Shown piece by piece: positions 59,941-64,000 of a DNA stretch of 64,000 bases. The notes beneath the pieces were generated by a model, which ran no database searches, was not told the origin of the DNA, and saw only the letters and a program-made list of their open reading frames with translations. Numbering within the stretch: position 1 is the first letter of the stretch; the number at the start of each line of letters is the position of its first letter. A program made the position numbers and the translations under genes. The DNA is from Halarcobacter sp. (GTDB lineage: Bacteria > Campylobacterota > Campylobacteria > Campylobacterales > Arcobacteraceae), in assembly GCA_048571215.1 (NCBI GenBank), contig CP182352.1:2624001-2688000 (forward strand), given 5' to 3'.

Positions 59941-61596
59941 ATGAGATTTTTTAAACTGAAGTTAATTTTTTTATTTTTATCATTTATTACATTAAATGCT
60001 TATGATATTAATGATAAGGTAATTTACCAAAAAGATTTTGAAAATAAAACAATTTATTTACCATTAAATAACTATAGAACGTTAATATTTGAAGATAGAA
60101 TTAAAAGTATTCAATTAACAAATAGTGAAAATATAACAGCTGAGTTTGTAGATAATAAAATCAGACCTCTGCAAATGTTAAAAATTCTAGGTAAAAATAT
60201 TGGAAGTGAAAGTGCAGTAGTAATCTTAGAAAATGATAAACTAATACAAATAAACTTTAGTATCATGAAAAATTTAGACAATATTATCACCATAGTTAAA
60301 AATACTTACCCTAATTTAATTGTAGAACAAGCAAATGATACTTTAGTATTAAAAGGATATGTTAAAGATTATAAAGAAAAAGATTTAGTAATAGAGATAT
60401 TCAAAAAAGCTGGTGTTGATATAGAAAAAAATTTAGTTAATATGATTGAAACCTCTAGTCCATCAAAAATGATAAAAATTAAAATGTATGCAGTTGAAAT
60501 AAATAATGATAATGGTATAGATTTAAAGAATAATTGGACATTATCAAGCAAAAATTATATGAAAGTTAACGGAGATAATGGATATGTAAACTATCCATCA
60601 AGTTCTTATGGTAGGCCATATATAGAAAGAGATGTTTATTATGATGATGTAGTCAGTATGAGTGATCCAAACTATAATCCTGATTTAACAGGTACAATTA
60701 TACGAAAAGAGATAGAATTTTTAGTTGATAATCAGAAGAATTATCAAAATGTAAATAACCAAAGGAATGAAGGTCTTGATGATGCTTTACAAAATATCAT
60801 CTCTAGTGCAGTTACATTAACAGGAGGATTGACAGGAGTTGCTAACTATTTAGGTAAAAACTTTAATGCAGGCTTAATGCTAAACTATCTTTCAACGGAA
60901 GGAGTTGCAAATGTACTAGATGAGACTACATTGTTAACTTTAGAGAATAAAAATGCCACTTTTCACGCAGGTGGTACTATTATGATTAAAACCCAAACAA
61001 CATCAGCTGAAGGACTCCCTAACTCTACTATTGAACCTATTGATTATGGTTTACAATTAGATTTCAAAGCAAAAAATATAATGAAAAACGAATATATTGA
61101 TTTAGAGATAGATACCAAGTCTACACAAATAGATTGGACAAATCAAGTTGATGGAATACCAAGTTTTCTTGAAAAGAAAATAAAAACAAATGTATTAGCA
61201 CAAAATGGGCATACTATTGTAATTGGTGGACTAGTAAATAATGAAAATTCAAATGACATAAGTAAGATTCCTCTTTTAGGTGATATTCCTATATTAGGAT
61301 TTTTATTTAAAAGTAAATCGTTTAAAGAAGGGAAAAGTGAACTTGTATTTTTTGTAACTCCTGAAATAGTAAGTCCAGAAAATAATAATCAAGAAGAGTT
61401 ATTAAAAAAGACTTCAAAAAAGATTTTAGATACTTCAAGATACAAAAAAAGTCTATTATTTGATAATGATGAAGATAAAAAAAGTGAAAAAAAGAAAAAA
61501 GAAAAAGTCTTGCCAGAAACTACGCCTAATACTGACACTTCAACAACAAAACCTCTAAATCACAAAGAGATTGTAGATAAAATTTATGGTAGATAA
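59941..61596 (+). CDS. RcpA/CpaC secretin
   Basis: Signal peptide, Pil_N-like (ILGKNIGSE), BON-like (LVLKGYV), GHTIVIGGLV, KIPLLGDIPILGFLFKS, ELVFFVTPEIV. Confidence 0.93.
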   Translation: MRFFKLKLIFLFLSFITLNAYDINDKVIYQKDFENKTIYLPLNNYRTLIFEDRIKSIQLTNSENITAEFVDNKIRPLQMLKILGKNIGSESAVVILENDKLIQINFSIMKNLDNIITIVKNTYPNLIVEQANDTLVLKGYVKDYKEKDLVIEIFKKAGVDIEKNLVNMIETSSPSKMIKIKMYAVEINNDNGIDLKNNWTLSSKNYMKVNGDNGYVNYPSSSYGRPYIERDVYYDDVVSMSDPNYNPDLTGTIIRKEIEFLVDNQKNYQNVNNQRNEGLDDALQNIISSAVTLTGGLTGVANYLGKNFNAGLMLNYLSTEGVANVLDETTLLTLENKNATFHAGGTIMIKTQTTSAEGLPNSTIEPIDYGLQLDFKAKNIMKNEYIDLEIDTKSTQIDWTNQVDGIPSFLEKKIKTNVLAQNGHTIVIGGLVNNENSNDISKIPLLGDIPILGFLFKSKSFKEGKSELVFFVTPEIVSPENNNQEELLKKTSKKILDTSRYKKSLLFDNDEDKKSEKKKKEKVLPETTPNTDTSTTKPLNHKEIVDKIYGR

Positions 61597-61615
61597 AATC
61601 TTAGATTTTATCTAC
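61589..61615. terminator. Palindrome across the convergent secretin/dxs stop codons
   Basis: GTAGATAAAATCT-t-AGATTTTATCTAC. Confidence 0.55.
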
Positions 61616-63403
61616 TAATTGTTTAGGTAAAATACCTAAACTCTCCTCAACTAATTTTGTCTCACCATGTTGAATAAAGTCATCTTCATACTCAAAAGAG
61701 ATAAGATTTACATTAGATATATTTTTTGAATTTAAAAACTCTAATATAGCACTTCCAACTCCACCTTGCTTTTGAGAATCTGAAAAAATATACCACTTAT
61801 CATATTTTTTAGAAAGTTCTAAAAGTAATTTTTCATCTAGAGGTTTTACAAATCTTAAGTCAAGTACTGTTATATCTTCATCATGAAGCTTTTGGGTTTC
61901 TATAGCTCTACTAACCCCTGCTCCATACCCTATAAATAGCTTATTTGATGAACCTTCTCTTAATATTTCACTTTTACCCAACTCAAATGGTTTAGCTTCA
62001 TATTCTAGTTCTGCAAAAGCTCCTCTTGGATATCTTATTGCACAAGGAGAACTTGCATGATATGCAAACTCTAGTACATCTTGTAAAGTTTTGTTATCTC
62101 TTGGAGCACAAAGAATCATATTTGGTATAAATCTTAAATATGAGATATCAAAAGCCCCTTGATGTGTTTCTCCATCATTTCCAACTATTCCAGCTCTATC
62201 AATAGCAAATACAACTGGCATGTTCATCAAACAAACATCATGAATAATTTGATCAAAGCCCCTTTGTAAAAAGGTTGAATAGATTGTAATAAAAGGTTTA
62301 AATCCCTCTTTTGCCATAGCAGCCATCGAAGTTACTGCATGCTGTTCAGCTATTGCAACATCCCAAAATCTTGTAGGAAACTCTGCCATTAGCTTATCGA
62401 TCCCTGTTCCACTTGGCATAGCAGCAGTAACTCCAACTACATTATCATATTTTCTTGCAAGTTCAAGCAAAGCATCAGCAAATATAGAAGTAGCTGATTT
62501 TTTAGATGATTTTTTTTCAAATTCTCCATCATCAACATTAAATGGTCCAACCCCATGCCAATGTTCATGTTGACCTTCAGCTATCTTGTACCCTTTACCT
62601 TTAACCGTATGGGCATGGACGATTACTGGTTTTTTCATCCTTTTTGCCATCTCTAAAGTATCAATTATCTCTTCTAAATCGTGTCCATCAATTGGACCAA
62701 TATAATCTATACCCATCTCTTCAAAAATAATTCCAGGGGTGATAAGCTTCATACTCTCTTCAATTTTTTTAGCTATATATGTTGCACCCTCTGGAAGATG
62801 TTGAATTATATTTTTATCAACTCGTTCTTTAAAACTTTGATAAAATTTACCAGCTAATATTTTACTTAAATATTTAGATATAGCTCCAATAGGTTTTGCT
62901 ATAGACATCTCATTATCATTTAATACTATAACCATTGGGTATTTTCTATCACCTAACTCATTTAAAGCTTCATAAACCATCCCAGCAGTCATAGAACCAT
63001 CACCAATCATTACAACAGGAACTCTATCTTCCCCCTTAAGTTTAATAGCCTTAGCTGCGCCCACAGCAAGTGAAATAGAGGTTGAGCTATGTCCAGCTAC
63101 AAAATAATCAGCATCTGATTCTTTTGGTTTAGTAAACCCACTAAGCCCACCAAATTGTCTAATAGTTTCAAACTTATCCCATCTATCGTTTATAAGCTTA
63201 TGTGGATAACATTGGTGTGATACATCATATATAAAGGGATCTTTACTAACATCAAATACTTTATGCATAGCAACTGTTAATTCAACTGCTCCTAAAGTAG
63301 ATGAAAAGTGCCCACCTTTTCTTGAAACTACATCAATTATACGATCTCTAATATCTGAGCAAACTTGTTCTAATTCTTTTAAACTTTTAGTTTTTATTTC
63401 CAT
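61601..63403 (-). CDS. dxs: 1-deoxy-D-xylulose-5-phosphate synthase
   Basis: GGHFSSTLG, DVSHQ.YPHK, GHSSTS, GDGSMTAG..EALN, AIAEQHA, DGETHQG. Confidence 0.98.
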   Translation of the reverse strand: MEIKTKSLKELEQVCSDIRDRIIDVVSRKGGHFSSTLGAVELTVAMHKVFDVSKDPFIYDVSHQCYPHKLINDRWDKFETIRQFGGLSGFTKPKESDADYFVAGHSSTSISLAVGAAKAIKLKGEDRVPVVMIGDGSMTAGMVYEALNELGDRKYPMVIVLNDNEMSIAKPIGAISKYLSKILAGKFYQSFKERVDKNIIQHLPEGATYIAKKIEESMKLITPGIIFEEMGIDYIGPIDGHDLEEIIDTLEMAKRMKKPVIVHAHTVKGKGYKIAEGQHEHWHGVGPFNVDDGEFEKKSSKKSATSIFADALLELARKYDNVVGVTAAMPSGTGIDKLMAEFPTRFWDVAIAEQHAVTSMAAMAKEGFKPFITIYSTFLQRGFDQIIHDVCLMNMPVVFAIDRAGIVGNDGETHQGAFDISYLRFIPNMILCAPRDNKTLQDVLEFAYHASSPCAIRYPRGAFAELEYEAKPFELGKSEILREGSSNKLFIGYGAGVSRAIETQKLHDEDITVLDLRFVKPLDEKLLLELSKKYDKWYIFSDSQKQGGVGSAILEFLNSKNISNVNLISFEYEDDFIQHGETKLVEESLGILPKQLVDKI

Positions 63404-63409
63404 AATTAC

Positions 63410-64000
63410 TTATAAATTCTCTTGTTTTTCAAGTTCAGCTAATACTTTATCTAAAACAGAAAAAACTTTCGTATTTTGTTCATTACTTCCAATTGTAATT
63501 CTAATAGCATTTACTCCATATCCTGTTAAGTCTCTAACAATTATCCCTTTTTCAAGGAGGTGTTGAGCTACTTCAGATGAGATATATTTATTATCAAATT
63601 TTAGTGTAATAAAATTTGTATAACTATCTATATATGAGAACCCTTTTTGTTTTGCATACTCTTCGTATCTTTTCATCTCTTTAAAATTAAGCTCAATACA
63701 TTTTGTTACAAACTCTTCATCTTTTAAAGACTCAATGGCAGCTGCCAAACTTAAAGTTGTGATATTAAATGGTGGTCTTAATTTATACATAGTTTTAATA
63801 ATATTTTCTTGTGCTATTCCATATCCAACTCTCATACCACCTAAAGCATATGCTTTAGAAAAAGTTCCAAGATAGATAGTATTTGGAAAATGTTCGATTA
63901 AATCTGCTGCATCAATATGTTTTTTATCATCTTTAAAAGAAGCATATTCTTGATATGCCCCATCAACAACTACAAGAGTATCTTTATCAACTTTTTTTAT
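63410..64000 (-). CDS. hisC: Histidinol-phosphate aminotransferase (5' part outside window)
   Basis: VVDGAYQEY and [16 protein letters not shown] read from 63971-63820; RPPFN, NFI, IRITIG. Confidence 0.93.
   Translation of the reverse strand: MKKVDKDTLVVVDGAYQEYASFKDDKKHIDAADLIEHFPNTIYLGTFSKAYALGGMRVGYGIAQENIIKTMYKLRPPFNITTLSLAAAIESLKDEEFVTKCIELNFKEMKRYEEYAKQKGFSYIDSYTNFITLKFDNKYISSEVAQHLLEKGIIVRDLTGYGVNAIRITIGSNEQNTKVFSVLDKVLAELEKQENL

Noticed and set aside
1..64000. CRISPR arrays, tRNA/rRNA/tmRNA, IS elements, prophage genes
   Set aside because: No spaced repeats, cloverleaf-like or rRNA-like segments, transposase or phage ORFs were seen; nearly all sequence is explained by CDSs

Overview
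AT-rich bacterial chromosome segment. Gene content and order (rpsA-serA-efp, infB operon, ccoNOQP-DUF4006-fixH-addB, uvrD-truB-ispE-smpB, porA-type porin, unshifted prfB) point to Campylobacterota, most likely Arcobacteraceae; this taxonomic call is an inference. About 1-45 kb is mostly core housekeeping. Between maf and dxs (45.1-61.6 kb) lies a ~16.5 kb accessory-looking locus. It holds a divergent Tad/Flp (type IVc) pilus system: two Flp pilins, an A24 peptidase, a large TadG-like adhesin, TadZ, TadA, TadB, TadC, RcpC with an SH3-like tail, a TadE-like pseudopilin and the RcpA secretin. Its four prepilins share a non-canonical K[G/A]|xx[D/E]xI motif instead of E5/Y6. Directly upstream is a candidate glycosylation cassette: a GtrA flippase, a UDP-galactopyranose-mutase-like flavoprotein and two paralogous GT-C-like membrane proteins, one with an apparent homopolymer frameshift or ATT start. 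I saw no rRNA, tRNA, CRISPR array, integrase or transposase. All assignments come from motif recognition; no searches were run.
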